Assembly: GCF_006345805.1 (NCBI RefSeq) | Contig: NC_043008.1 | Location: 73,842,001 to 73,906,000 of the forward strand | DNA from: Octopus sinensis | Lineage: Eukaryota | Direction of reading: 5' to 3' | DNA length: 64,000 bases | In this document: in pieces, positions 38,225 to 51,440 of the stretch | Layout of the letters: each line of letters starts with the position of its first letter | How positions within the stretch are numbered: the stretch's first letter is position 1 | Translations under genes and position numbers: made by a program | Notes under the pieces: model-generated | What the model saw: only the letters and a program-made list of their open reading frames with translations | Databases searched by the model: none | What the model was told of the DNA's origin: nothing

Positions 38225-38430
38225 CGCTTGTCTTACTATTACCTGCTATCTTTGATATACTCTAATGCTCGAAATAAGGAGTAGAAGGACAGCCGGCAAC
38301 TGAAGAAGGGTCGTTTTTTATGTGGCCTGTCTTGTTTTACATTTGTTTCTCTTGGTTTTGCGCACGCAATGTTATTTTCACATTTCATGTTGTTTACGTT
38401 TTGTGACGTCCTGTACCCCTTTATGCATAT
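38225..38430 (+). mobile_element. Same family, 3' portion only, copy B
   Basis: GCTCGAAATAAGGAGTAG..GACAGCCGGCAACTGAAGAAGGGTCG...GTGACGTCCTGTACCC. Confidence 0.8.
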
Positions 38431-38516
38431 CTATATACATACATATAAATATTATGTACATATGTGTGTCTATATATGCATATATATATATATTATTTAT
38501 ATTATTATTTTATTAA

Positions 38517-39180
38517 ATGCCACGCATCCATTTCCAAGTAAGTTTTATCTTAATATATTTGATGCAACTCTTTCCTTTAATGTTCCCTCTCTCTCCCTTT
38601 CGTTTTCTTTCTCATCCTTTCTCTAATTGTTTTTCTCCCCTTCAGCATTTTCTATCTGTATGTCCGTCTGTATGTCTCTCTCTCTCTCTCTCTCTTTCTT
38701 CCTCTTTTACTCTCTCTCGTTGCTCACACGTGTCCATCGTCCATGTTTCCTTTCCTCACGTGATCATCTTTCTTTTCCTTCAGTCTGTTGTGCAATCTGC
38801 ACACATTCCTATGGGTCTCCTCTCCTATCTTTTCTCTTATCAAAGAATCTTCTTCCAGCGTTTGCTACCTTAACTAGTCTGAGCCTAACGACCCTCCCGT
38901 TTTGTAATCGTTTGGTTTGGTGTGTTGTAAGTCCTGTTTTTGTTATCAAATTTGACTCCTCGCAAATCTCAGATTTTAATTTGGTTCGCGGGAGCAAATG
39001 CCTTCTAAATCTTACCTTGATGTTCATTACGCGAAATAAAGTGTAAAAGAACAACTGACAACTGATGAAGACTCGTTTGTTATGTTACTTGTTTTCCATT
39101 TGTTTATTTCGTTCTTTTCAAATCCGACGTTATTTTCGTATTCCATGTTGTTTACGTTTTGTGACATCCTGTACCCATGT
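38517..39180 (+). mobile_element. Same family, copy C
   Basis: Collinear with the reverse complement of copy A. Bounded by AT-rich/(TA)n sequence. Confidence 0.8.
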
Positions 39181-39225
39181 ATGCATTCCTATATACAGAC
39201 ATATGTATGTACATATGTGTGTGTA

Positions 39226-39270
<45 letters not shown>

Positions 39271-39271
39271 G

Positions 39272-39355
<84 letters not shown>

Positions 39356-40124
39356 TGGTATTAAAACCATCTTAGATATCCAGATATAACTTGTTACTTA
39401 GTTTTGTCATGTATATTAAAACTATTGAATTTTTATGTAATCTTTAGCTATTCTGAATAAAGCTGATTTATATAACGTAAAAAAAGTTAAATGTAAACTC
39501 GAATAGGATAACGATTACCTTTTGGAAGTAATGTGGTTTCTGTGGCTTTGATAATAATGACCACATATATATATATATAACGCAAAGGCATATCCTGGAT
39601 TTCAGGGTTATATACATACACGCAGACTTATATAAATAATATATTAAGAAGACTAATTAGCATTTAGATGTTCACAGCTAATTCTGCGATACTGAACCGC
39701 AGAATTTGCGTTTTTTGAAAAGCCTTCTGTTGCAAACAAATCCTTTATCCTGTTGAATAAGCTATAATTTATATGCCCATCAGATTAATGTTCTCGCGTC
39801 CAAAGATTAATGCATTAGGCAACTATCTTGTACATCGTCATTTAAATAACAAGATATCCTCGTAGCTTTCGTCATTGTTCACACGTAATCACTTCAGTTT
39901 CCAGGTTTCAAGTGCTTCCTTCAATGAATTTTAACGTTTATCTCAGAGTGAAATTCTTTTCACAAATTAAACAATTATTAATGCGTTATTTACGATAAAA
40001 CGTGAGATAACCTCAAGGGAAACACAGAAAGTGTGCTTCAGCAATGGAATGGTTTGAGTGTATCTGCGTGTACGTTTGTGCTTCTGTATAGTTTCCTGTT
40101 CGCACATATATGCACCTATAATTA

Positions 40125-40164
40125 TGTGTGTGTGTGTCTGTGTGTGCGTGAATAATATATATCC

Positions 40165-40244
<80 letters not shown>

Positions 40245-40260
40245 GTATATATATGTATAT

Positions 40261-40316
<56 letters not shown>
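40125..40316. repeat. (TG)n/(TA)n microsatellite at the 3' side of the Penelope-like remnant
   Basis: Directly visible. Confidence 0.95.
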
Positions 40317-40321
<5 letters not shown>

Positions 40322-40397
40322 AAAAGGAGTAAAAAAGCACAGAAGGCTTGTGGTATATGGTTTAAGAATATATTTAAGTCGTTATGTTAGAAAAATG

Positions 40398-41273
40398 TTA
40401 AAAATGGTTAAAGTTTGGCTGATATTTTTCAATGAAAAAGGTTTCCTTATTTAATCTAACTTGTGTTTGTATTCCAATAGCACATTGATAGAATGGAAAG
40501 ATTATAAATGTGGTAGTAGTTTCTCAATATGTTCACTAAAGGGTATCATTCTGTATTCTGGGAATGCAATATGTTGTCGATGTAGAGTGCTTCTGCGTCT
40601 GAGCGATAATCCCGTGGACCCTATGTAGTTTTGGTGGCAGCCCGAGCATCTTATGACATAACTTAGATTTTCTGAAGCACAAGTAAAATTAGATTTGATT
40701 TTGAATTTTTGTCCTTTGAAGAGGAATTCTGATCCTTCTAGAAGGTTTGGCATGTTGCGCAATTTGGTATACCACATTTTTTTTTACTTTTGCATGTTAT
40801 TTTAGAAAATTAGTTTGACTTTGTGAGGATCTTTTTTAGTGATTTCTGTTGTTTGTAGCTTTTAATGATTTTATGTATGTTTAAAATTTCCTTTACTTTG
40901 AGGTCCTTATGTAGCATTGGTAAATTCTGGGTGACGATAGTGAAGGCTTCTTTGTTTCTGGGGTTGTATGTGGATATGTACGGCAATATTTTCGGGGAAG
41001 GTGTGTTGCTGTGTTGAACTTTTTTCTTAAGGTTTCTATGACAATTTGTGTTGCACGTCTGATTCAATCTTCTATGAGTTGAACTGGGTAGTGCCTGTCA
41101 ATTAGGGTGTTTCTGAGTTCTTGCGGTCTAAAGCTTCTTGTATTTTGTTCTGACACTATTGTACATATCCTTCCTGCAAGGTTGAAGGGGATGTTTATTT
41201 TAGTGTGTCTTGGGTGGAATAACTCAAAAAGTGGATATTGTTTTGCGTCTGTGGTTTTGTAAAATATGTCCAT
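40398..41273 (-). pseudogene. 5'-truncated Penelope-like retroelement ORF: RT C-terminus plus GIY-YIG endonuclease
   Basis: DIFYKTTDAKQY...HPRHTKINIPFNLAGRICTIVS...RHYPVQLIE; ILPYISTYNPRN; FTCASENLSYVIRCSGCHQNYIGSTGLSLRRRSTLHRQHI (GIY-YIG with a CxxC); ending RLNKETFFIEKYQPNFNHF with stop 40398-40400. Frameshifted. Confidence 0.9.
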
Positions 41274-41580
41274 TTCTATTTTTAATTAGTATATCTAATT
41301 AGTATATCTAACGAATAAACTATAAATAACAAACAAAACTGAACAACGCACAAACCACCCCTAATTTCAACCACTTAATCAACAACAACCCCCTCATAAT
41401 CCTCCATACACCATAGATAGAAATCACCTACAACCACCATTTTTGAACCACGCAAGACTTAGCAGGGAAAAAGCTAACAGAGAACACATTTATGAAAGAG
41501 ATTACACCAAATCTAAAGATCACCCACACATCAAGAACAGAACACACCACCAACGTCCCAATACCAAACATAATCATTGC

Positions 41581-42128
41581 AGTTCGTCGATTTTCGTGAT
41601 GGCCAATTGTCGTTTGAAGATCACCCTCGTTCAGGGCGACCGTCGACCACCTAAACGAATGAAAACATCACCGAAGAACTGACGAACTTGTTGATAGGAT
41701 TAGTTTGTCCTTGAGCTCCAACAAACGAATTTTGAGCGAGGAATTGCGAATGAAAAGAGATGAATGAAAAATGTGTGCCTCGCTTGCTCACGGAAGAACA
41801 AATAAATACCCGACTGAATGCGTGTCGTGAGGTGAAAGAACACCTGCAAATTGATCCGGACTTCCTTCGAAGGTCATCACTAGTGAGGAAAGCTGGTGCT
41901 ATAGAATTGGTAGGTATAGACGTGAAGAAAAAACGAAGGAGGCGTTGAAAGGTATCACTTTCCAAGAGTTTCAGTACTGCTTCGAACAGAAGAAAACGCG
42001 TCTAGACCGATGCATGGCTTCAAATGGAAAATAGTTTGAAGGCGATAACAATTGCAAACATGTGAAACTAAATGAATAAAAGAATAAAATAATATTGCAT
42101 AATTCAGGTTTGTTTAGGGTACCCCTCG
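41581..42128 (+). mobile_element. 5'-truncated, internally deleted mariner
   Basis: RFRDGQLSFEDHPRSGRP..., KCVPRLLTEEQ..., VITSEESWCY, then a jump to the C-terminus EALKGITFQEFQYCFEQ...RLDRCMASNG. Ends GGTACCCCTCG|TA. Confidence 0.85.
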
Positions 42129-42141
42129 TAAAACATATAAG

Positions 42142-42308
42142 AGGAGACTCTCTTCGGTCATGAAAGACCATAGGATTGCACCTAGAAAGTTACCCTCCGA
42201 GGCACAAGTCCAAGCAAGGTTGTTTGTAGAAGGCCTGCAGTCGCCCATGCATACCACGCTCCCCTCTCCACATCACTGTTATTATCCAAGGGAACGCAAA
42301 GGACAATA
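42142..42308 (-). mobile_element. SINE family 2, 3' fragment
   Basis: GGTCATGAAAGACCATAGGATTGCACCTAGAAAGTTACCCTCC... matches 7500-7650. Confidence 0.85.
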
Positions 42309-42989
42309 CGAATCAACGACCTTTCAGCAGGTTGTCTGCTCCCCAAACAACGCAGCCATACATCAGTGTCGTGCGGTGGATTCTGAGGTTGGTCATTTAA
42401 TAAATATTTGGCACACATGGCGGAGACGTAACCCAACCCCTCCCTCCTTTAATTTCTTGTATATGGAAACCTATGTTTTCGGCTATGGAGATTCTGGAAA
42501 AAAAAAGAAAAAAATTGGCGTAAATCACAACTTTAAAATTTCAATTAATTTTCTTCATTTTTCACTGAAAAAAAAATTGATTTTGAAATTTCAATGTTTC
42601 AAAAGAAAAAAAATATTACCCCAACCATCCCGATTATACGGTTTCAAGCAGCCTATCCACATGCTAGAAATAACAGCCATCTACCACACGAATTTGTTGG
42701 GCAAAACAAAGAACTGCGATAAAATAATGAAAGAAATACATATACTCACCTTTCTGCAAAGATTTCTTTCAGAGAAATTTCCCGCACTAAAATGAGGAAT
42801 ACTGTGAGAAAGTTTTTAAAAAGAGTTTGTTGGGGAATTGGCTGTTATTTCTGCAACTTTCAAGTTATATTTTGTAGAAAAAAATCACTTTCAGTTGTAT
42901 ACTCCATGTTACTGCGATCGTGAATTGTAAATCAGTTTCAGCAAAACGGGAAGATAATTTTAGTAGATGAACGAAAGATTAATTAGCTA

Positions 42990-44253
42990 CAGGTGTTGGG
43001 CAAAATAATGGAAACACCCAGCATTATAGCATCATAAATTTGAAATATTTATAAAACCATCGAATGCTTGTTTATTTTTATGTCTTTTGATTTATATATT
43101 AGTGTTGCTTAATATGTTTTGCTAAAATTGCTGTTTCTCTTCAGATAACATCAGAAAAAAGTAACTGAAATTCATTAAAGTGACAGATCTGTCGGACTTT
43201 CAAAGAGGTCAAATTGTTGGTGCTCCGATGGCAGGCGCTAGCGTAATGAAAACAGCCAAAATGTTTGGTATATCAAGAAGTACTCTCTCGAAAGTAATGA
43301 CAGCCTTTGAGAAAGAGGGAAAAACCTCCTCGTCGAAACAAAACCACCGAAGAAAACCAAAACGTTCAGATACGGACTGTTGGACTATTACGAGAATTGT
43401 TAGAAAGGATCACAAAAGTACAGCTCCCAAAATTACTGCAGAGCTTAATGACCACCTCGAGAACTCATAAACTGTTCACCGGGAGCTGCACAAAGCCAGA
43501 TTTCATGGGAGGACTGCAATCAGAAAACTACTACTTTCCAAGACAAACGTTGTAAAGCATTTATGGTGAAGTAAAAACCTATAGAATTAGTCCCTGGAGC
43601 AGTAGAAGAATGTTATTTTCTCGGATGAGTCATCATTTACTTTATTTCCGACCACCGGTCGAGTATACGTGTGAAGACAGCCAAAAGAAGCATTTGACCC
43701 ACGCTACCTTCTTCCGACTGTTAAACATGGAGGAGGATCTGTGATGATCTGAGGGGCTATATCTTGGAAATTCGCCAGCCCAATGGTTTCCCTTCGTGGC
43801 AGAATTAATAGTCGAGACTATTTGAGCAGTTTCTCTGATCAAATTCATCATATGATTACGAAACTGTTTCCAAGGGGAAAAGTAATCTTTCAGGATGATA
43901 ATGTATCAATTCACACAGCTAAAGTTGGTAATGAATGGCACAAGGAACATTCTAGTGAAGTTGAACATCTTATTTGGCCACCACAGTCCCCAGATCTCAA
44001 TATTATTAAACATCTGTGGTGCATTTTAGAAAAAACAAGTAGGAAGTCGATATCCTCCACCATCATCTCTACAAGAACTGGAGAATGTCTTAGCTAAAGA
44101 ATGGACAAAAATTCCTTTGGAAACAATTCAAACTTTGTACGAGTCCATATACATCATAGAATTCGAACTGTAATTACTGCTAAAGGCGGTCCTAGTCTAT
44201 GTTAAAATATGTTTGAAATTTGAAGGTGTTTCCATTGTTTTGTCCAACTCCTG
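42990..44253 (+). mobile_element. Full-length (1264 bp) Tc1-like transposon, DD36E spacing
   Basis: TIRs CAGGTGTTGGGCAAAATAATGGAAACACC and inverse GGTGTTTCCATTGTTTTGTCCAACTCCTG. TA at 42988-42989 and 44254-44255. Confidence 0.95.
43180..44205 (+). pseudogene. Tc1-like transposase pseudogene
   Basis: TDLSDFQRGQIVGA (paired-like HTH), VIFSDESSF (D1 at 43624), VKHGGGSVMI, IFQDDN (D2 at 43897), WPPQSPDLNIIKHLW (E position 44008, now AAA), KGGP. Contains stops and frameshifts. Confidence 0.93.
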
Positions 44254-44938
44254 TATATCATATTTCTGCTTTCAGAATTATTTTTTGTTCAACACATAGA
44301 AGATGATTAATGAAAACAATTTCAAATCTTACGACAGAGTGAAATAGATATTCCAAAATCACGGCGTGATTGTTGATATATTTTAGTCAGAATTTTTACA
44401 GGTCAAAAAGTCAAACCCATTCAGCCACTTAACTTGTCGCGTTAGCAACATTAGCGACAAGGAATTTGTTGACTTGAAGGGAAGGGAAGCGTTTTTTTCT
44501 GAAAGCATGCCTTTCGTAGTTATTTTTATCGAGATAAAAAGGAATCTTACAGGCAATTGAAATGATAGCTGAGTAAAAAGATAGGAAGGGGAGGACAAAA
44601 GATTTCATATGCATTTTTCGTTAAGCTTGCCTAGTATGAAGTAAAAAGGAGAACACAGCGAAGTATCAATTTGGACGGGTTTCCTTTGTAACAAAGTAAC
44701 TATTTTAGCTCAGTTTCCAATGATTTGGACAACTTTTCAATGTGGTTATGAATACATTACGTTCTTAAATTGATTTTTGAGTTATATAAAAATCAACGGA
44801 CATGCAGTGCATCACTAGCATGTCTCGACTGCACACCACTGTCATACATATCCTCCATTACACTATATAGTTGTTTGTGTCATATTTCCTGAATAAAGAT
44901 GTCGATGAACCACCGATCAGCATCATTTACTTAAGAGA

Positions 44939-45140
44939 AGGCGGCGAGCTGCCAGAATCGTTACTGAACTGGACAAAATGCCTAGAGGCATTTCCACCGA
45001 CTCTACGTTTTGAAACGAAATGTCACCGAGGTCGAATTTGCCTTTCATTATTTAGACGCCGATAATATAAATACTACTTGAGCACTGTGGTCGCTGTAGT
45101 CGACTTACATATCCCTGCTGGTCTTGTGCCAAATTTAAAA
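44939..45140 (+). mobile_element. SINE family 3, diverged monomer
   Basis: AAGGCGGCGAGCTGCCAGAATCGTT head and CCGAGGTCGAATTTGCCTTTCAT body. Confidence 0.8.
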
Positions 45141-45286
45141 TTATCAACTTTCATTTGTACATATTTGTGTACTTGTTTCTGTGTAAGGGTATGTTGCTCG
45201 TATGTACTTGTGTTTGTACAAGTGTATGCGTGTACGCTATATTATAAGGTTCGGTAGGTATGTGTTTCTATGATATTATCGCTGTA

Positions 45287-45507
45287 CAGTAATCCTTCAC
45301 CATATCACGGTTCACCTATCGCGGTTTATTATTTAAGCTTACATCGATTCCTCCGTGGTGTTGTTTTGCATTTATGATAAAATAAATATATATAAATTTA
45401 AAAAATAACAGAAAAATATACAGTGTAGTACTGTTTCTACTTCGCGGATTTTCACCATTCGCGGGGAGTTTTGCAACGTAATGCCCGCGATCGTCGAGGG
45501 AATACTG
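45287..45507 (+). mobile_element. pogo/Tigger-like MITE, copy 2 of 3
   Basis: TA|CAGTAATCCTTCACC...CGAGGGAATACTG, with the body shared with 26544. Confidence 0.88.
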
Positions 45508-46129
45508 CATAGCGAAACAGTAAGGGCAGCAACAGTAATATAAGTTGTAACAGTGTTAGCCCTACTAAATGGCGTTAGTGATGTTTGTAGAAGTAGTAGT
45601 AAAAGCAGAGTAGAAGTATCAGCTGTAACAGTAGAAATAACAAGCTATTGGTCACTCGATCTGCCAGAAGGTGCTATCAAATCTCATTCAAATCAAATCC
45701 TATTGCAAAGCGGTATGTTCGCAGTTTGAATGCATTCAATTATAAAGGTGCTTGTTTCACAGCTGAACTGGGATTAAATAACAAAGAAGCTATTGCCAAT
45801 TCAGTTGTAGCTGTGGATGTTGTTGCTATTGTAAGTTGAGGTTACAACTGTACTGTTATTTCACTTAATAGCGGCGTTCACACCCATCAGACGGAAACAT
45901 GATGGACAACAGTGTAGAGGAGATGGAGATGTAGGTGTGAATGTATAAGGATGCTTATGACAAGAATAAGTAGAAAGACAAGACGCAGCAAAATTTAATG
46001 AGAATCAATACACAAGAATAACAGAGAGAACACAAGAAATCCATTATATCGATGACGCAGTTTTTCGAACAGAAAGAAATTCACAATCCCAACCAAGACT
46101 CCAGTTGGTATATATATCTATATATATGT

Positions 46130-46204
<75 letters not shown>

Positions 46205-46363
46205 ATAAACATTTTAACTTCGATATTTTTCGACCAAAAATTCACCCAGGCCATATCTAATGGTAGGATTTACTAAATCATTTTTAAGTTAAATTTGATG
46301 GTATCATGTCCCATTCGAATAGGGAGTTCTTGTTGATATAAATTATATATCAATTACATAAGC

Positions 46364-46400
<37 letters not shown>

Positions 46401-46414
46401 TGTATGCATCAATA

Positions 46415-47554
46415 TCTATAAAGCTGAAATGCGAAAAGTTTGTCTCATTTTGGGATTGGAACGGGTTAAGGGGCACTAGATCGGATCGGATTGGTTCCAA
46501 AATTTACAGGAACATGTAAAAAGAGGCGAGTAAGTGAGCGGACTAGGTTAGAAACCCCTATCTCAAAAGCTGTGGTTACTAGGGCAACAAAACCCACATT
46601 TTGACAAGCGTTTGTCGTTTCTCCATTTTGCATATCATACTGTCTTCATCCCTCTCTTTCCTTCCTTTTCTCCACGTTCTATTTATAACGACTTTTGGCA
46701 GCTTCGCCATCTCTCTGTCACTCTTTCTTCCACCACCTCTCTCACTGTACGTCTGTCTGTATCTATAGAGAGAAAGCGTTGACAGCCGCAAAAGTTTAAA
46801 TATTCCTGCCATGGATCTTTTAGAACGGTGAATTATTACGTTGATACAAATTGGATTTTTACGTGAAAAGGGATCTAAATGGGGATGGAAGGGTATTAAA
46901 ATTTACAGGAGTGGTTGTTTAGGAATTCTCTGTTACATCAAGCTAAATAATTTGCATTTGCCTTTAAATCGTAAATGTGTTGCCGTCCGTCATGAAGAAG
47001 TTTTGAATGCCTGCCATAGTGAGTCTACTGTCGTGAGAAAGAATCCCTTCAAAACTTAGCGTTTAAGAATTTTCTTTTACATCAAGTTCAAAATTTTGCG
47101 CCAGCCATTAAACTGCCAGTACGTTGCTGTCCGTTGTTAAGGAGTTTTGAATGCTATCCCTTCAAACTTTGGTTTGCAATATTTTTTATATTATTATTCA
47201 GCTCGCAGGCTCGTCTGTCCCATTTAAATGTTAGTGTTTTGCTGTCCGCATTGAAACAGACCTTTCCGTTGTCACTGCCTGATATTTATGATTGATCTTT
47301 CAAAATATTTTCTTTCTCAACTTACTCAAGATCTTTTCTTCTTTATAAATGGGAGAGAGATAGATAGAGAAAGATAGAGAGTAAGAGAAAGCGAGGAAGA
47401 GTCCGAGAGAAAGGAAGAGTAAGAGAGTGGGAAAATGAGAGAGAATGGAAAGAGAGACAAAGAAGGAGAATGTGGCGATAAGAAACAGAAATGAAGCAAC
47501 AGAAAGTAACAACCACACCCTCAACCGCGCGTAGAGCGGGTAACCTTAAGCTAG
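46415..47554 (+). mobile_element. Non-autonomous Helitron (1140 bp)
   Basis: 5' A|TCTATAAAGCTGAA. 3' GC-rich hairpin CCGCGC-GTA-GAGCGG (about 47524-47540), then CTAG|T about 10 nt later. No TSD, A|T insertion site. No Rep/helicase coding seen. Confidence 0.78.
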
Positions 47555-48096
47555 TCTATGTAAAAATGATAAAGAATAAAATGCAGTCTCACATTGAGTG
47601 GAATGACAGTGAGATATATAAGAAAGAACTTTTCTTAATCACTTGAGGAAGCGCATTTTATATATTCGATAGATGATAATGACTACATCACATCTGGCCA
47701 ATCAACTACTAGTGTAAAAATGAGTTGAAACAATTTTAGTGATCTTGAATAAAGAATGATCATTCCATTTTCTCTCGTTTAACTATTTATATAAACTCTA
47801 CGTATATTATGGAATTCCTGATTTAACCCAAGCAACAAGAGTATTTCCACTGTATCATCATATAATGAAAATTCTCTTGCCAATAATTAGATAAGTTTTG
47901 TGTAACATACTAAAATATTTTAACCGAATCTTAACTATATATGCATCTATAAATAAAAAAATATTTTTGTGTGTTTATATGCATCCATATATGCAAATAT
48001 GTGTGTGCATGTTTGTATATGCTTTTATATGCCTGTTTATGTATATGTATACCGTATGCCTATTTCTCTATATATTTATATATTATAAATATATAT

Positions 48097-48265
48097 CAGG
48101 AGTGGCGGCTGTGTGGTAAGTAGCTTGCTTACCAACCACATGGGTTCGGGTTCAGTCCCACTGCGTGGTATATTGGGCAAGTGTTTTCTACTATAGCCTC
48201 GGGCCAACTAAAGCCTTGTGAGTGGATTTGGTAGAGGGAAACTGTAAGAAGCCCGTCGTATATAT

Positions 48266-48296
<31 letters not shown>

Positions 48297-48487
48297 CATG
48301 TGCATGTTTGTGTGTCTGTGTTCGTCCCCCCAACATCGCTTGACAACCGATGCTGGTATGTTTACGTCGCCGTAACTTAGCGGTTCGGCCTAAGAGACCG
48401 ATCGAATAAGTACTGGGGTCGATTTGCTCGACTAAAGGCGGTGCTCCAGCATGGCCACAGTCAAATGACTGAAACAAGTAAAAGAGT
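48097..48487 (+). mobile_element. SINE family 1, near full length
   Basis: CAGGAGTGGCGGCTGTGTGGTAAGTAGCTTGCTTACCAACCACATGGGTTCGGGTTCAGTCCC head through the CAGTCAAATGACTGAAACAAGTAAAAGAG tail. Confidence 0.9.
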
Positions 48488-48659
48488 ATGTACGTCAATA
48501 TATATCGATTAATATTAAAATGTGTAAGCATTTATGTGTATATACTCACAAATATATATGATCTATGTGTTTACATAAATATCTGTATATGTATGTATAT
48601 ATGTTTATAGATCTATGTTTGCATTTGTATCTGCGTATACCTTGTGTATGTCTCCTGTA

Positions 48660-48963
48660 ATATAGCCTCGGGCCGACCAAAGCCTAATGAGTGGATATGG
48701 TTGACCGAAACTGAATGAATCCCGTCGTATATGTGTGTGATTGTGTGTGTGTGCGTGTGTTTGTGCGTTTCTGTTTGTTCCCCACCACTAATTGTCAATC
48801 GGTGCTGCGGTGTTTACCTTCCCCTAAATTAGCGGTTCGGCAAAAGAATCGATGGAATAAGTATTAGGTTTCATAACTGAGTAGTGAGGTTGATTCATTT
48901 GACTAAAATTTTCAAGACGATACCCCAGCATGGCCTCCGTCTAGTGATTGAAAATGTAAAGAG

Positions 48964-48965
<2 letters not shown>
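48660..48965 (+). mobile_element. SINE family 1, 5'-truncated, diverged
   Basis: ATAGCCTCGGGCCGACCAAAGCC...TTAGCGGTTCGGCAAAAG...CCCCAGCATGGCC. Confidence 0.8.
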
Positions 48966-49012
<47 letters not shown>

Positions 49013-49225
49013 CATCAGCATGGCCGCAGATCTGAGCTGAAACTAGAGAAAAAAATGCATATATATATATACATGTATATATGTATATATGTGTGTGTGT
49101 GTGTGTGTGTGTGGTTGTGTGTGTACGTATATATAGATACATATAGAAAGAGATAGATAGATATACATACATATATACATGTATACATATAATACTTATA
49201 TGCATATTTTATATACGTATGTATT

Positions 49226-49272
<47 letters not shown>

Positions 49273-49281
49273 GTATGTATT

Positions 49282-49358
<77 letters not shown>

Positions 49359-50411
49359 ATAACTAATCGACTGAAAATGGAATGAAAGACATTCTTTACT
49401 TTAAAATCACTACAACTGTTTTGACGCATTCTTACACCTATATTACACTGGTGTGAGGTGTAATCATTCATTATTATCCATCCAAGATGCAAAATTCGCC
49501 TCCTCAGGGGATTGTTCAAATAATTCTCTCGCTTGATGCCATTTCACTCAGTGTGAGAATGCATACCTAAAATAGTGTACTATTTCATCAGTTTACAAAC
49601 AAAACTAAACTCACAGTTGTAAAAAGTAAAAGACAAAGAAAGGGTCAGGCTGGCTATAATTTACAATACTATCTTCATGATAAGATTACGGAGTAGAATG
49701 TAAAATAGAATGAAAAATAATATTAAGTGTTTAGAGATAATAAGATGATAAACTGATACAGATTGACCTTTTCTCTGTCTATCAACTGTTGTTGTTGTTC
49801 TTTGAAGGGTCTAAATTACCTGCTTTCATTCTCGAAAGGCTAACTGGCTTCAATCCACCCCGAAACAACCTCTAAATAAAATTGATTCATTACCGCCTAT
49901 CTTGTATATCCCTTTTTGAAACAACATCAAAAATAAAATAAGTTGGTAGGTATCTTTACCCACCCCATATACATATATATTCTTCCATATACCCACCTAC
50001 AAAGTAGTGTATATATAGTTTTGTATATCTGCGCACATATCTATTTATATATACAGACGTACATACTTAGTACATATGTTCTTACTATGTTTACTATTTA
50101 TACCAGTATTAATATAGCTTAAATACAACCTACGTACAATGTAGTGTCTATGTTTTTATATGTAGACTCAAGTGTCTATTTTTATATGCACGTATATATA
50201 TATACTCGTTACCTACATTCTTATTACTATAAAGCCAAGAAAAAACCAGTAAAATATAATAAAAGGAAATACATATACATATCTATTTATATATGTGCGC
50301 ATTCTCGTATACAATTCTAACGTATATATTTACATTTTTGAAATCAGAAATAAAGGAATGAATAAAAATACATGCATATATCTATATATATGCACGCACA
50401 CACACACACAC

Positions 50412-50448
<37 letters not shown>

Positions 50449-50574
50449 CACACACACACACACCACACACACAAACACACTTCTTACATCCATTTTTATT
50501 ATTTTTAAGAACGAAACTAGATAATACAATGTGATAAAGTTAGATAAAAGAAACTATAATATATATATATATAT

Positions 50575-50656
<82 letters not shown>

Positions 50657-51402
50657 TGTGCGCGCGTGTGTGTGCGTGTATATATATATATATTTCGAAA
50701 ATTTTAGAAAATGAAAATAAGAAATAGGTGGAAATTTTACCGATGAGTGTGTTAAATGAGAGTGACTCTCCCCAGACACAACAGTATATAAGTATATATA
50801 TTCAGACATGTGTAATATTGAATATATATACACATATATCTATTTATATTGGTCATTTACACTTGTAACTTACATTCTTACTGTTTTTACTATATATATT
50901 AATATTAGGAATTCCAGCCACGTTTTGTGGTTCGCTACCACAAACGCTCCTTTATAGGATCCAGTGGTTAAGACATCATCAGGAGGAAACACGTCCGATT
51001 TTGGCCCCTAATCCTCTGCCGTTTTCATCGTGTCGGGACCCCTTACTTTCGAAGGTGTCTTCAGCTCTGGTGTTGCGTGCGCTTTTTCTTTCTTCTTTTT
51101 TTGTTTTGTTCTTTGCTTTCTTCGATGCAGCGTCAACGAATGTCAGCGGGCGATTGACCATCCTGCTAAATTTCTCTTTAAATACTTTCCGGTGGGCCTC
51201 AGCAGCCAGCACCAGGAGAAATATAGTGCGATAGGTGAATAGGAATAAAGATTAAAGGAGTGAAAATAGAAATCCCTGATGAGAAGATTGCATTGTTTTA
51301 CATCAGTTTATTCTTTCTGGAATAATACCCATGGTTTCTTCGAAACATTTGTCGGAAATATAAAGATTTGAATAACACGTGCATTTAACTCGATTCATAT
51401 AT

Positions 51403-51440
<38 letters not shown>

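Noticed and set aside
42160-42795. 211-aa ORF, the longest in the track
   Set aside because: It begins in the antisense of a SINE fragment and continues through AT-rich low-complexity sequence. A chimeric chance frame.
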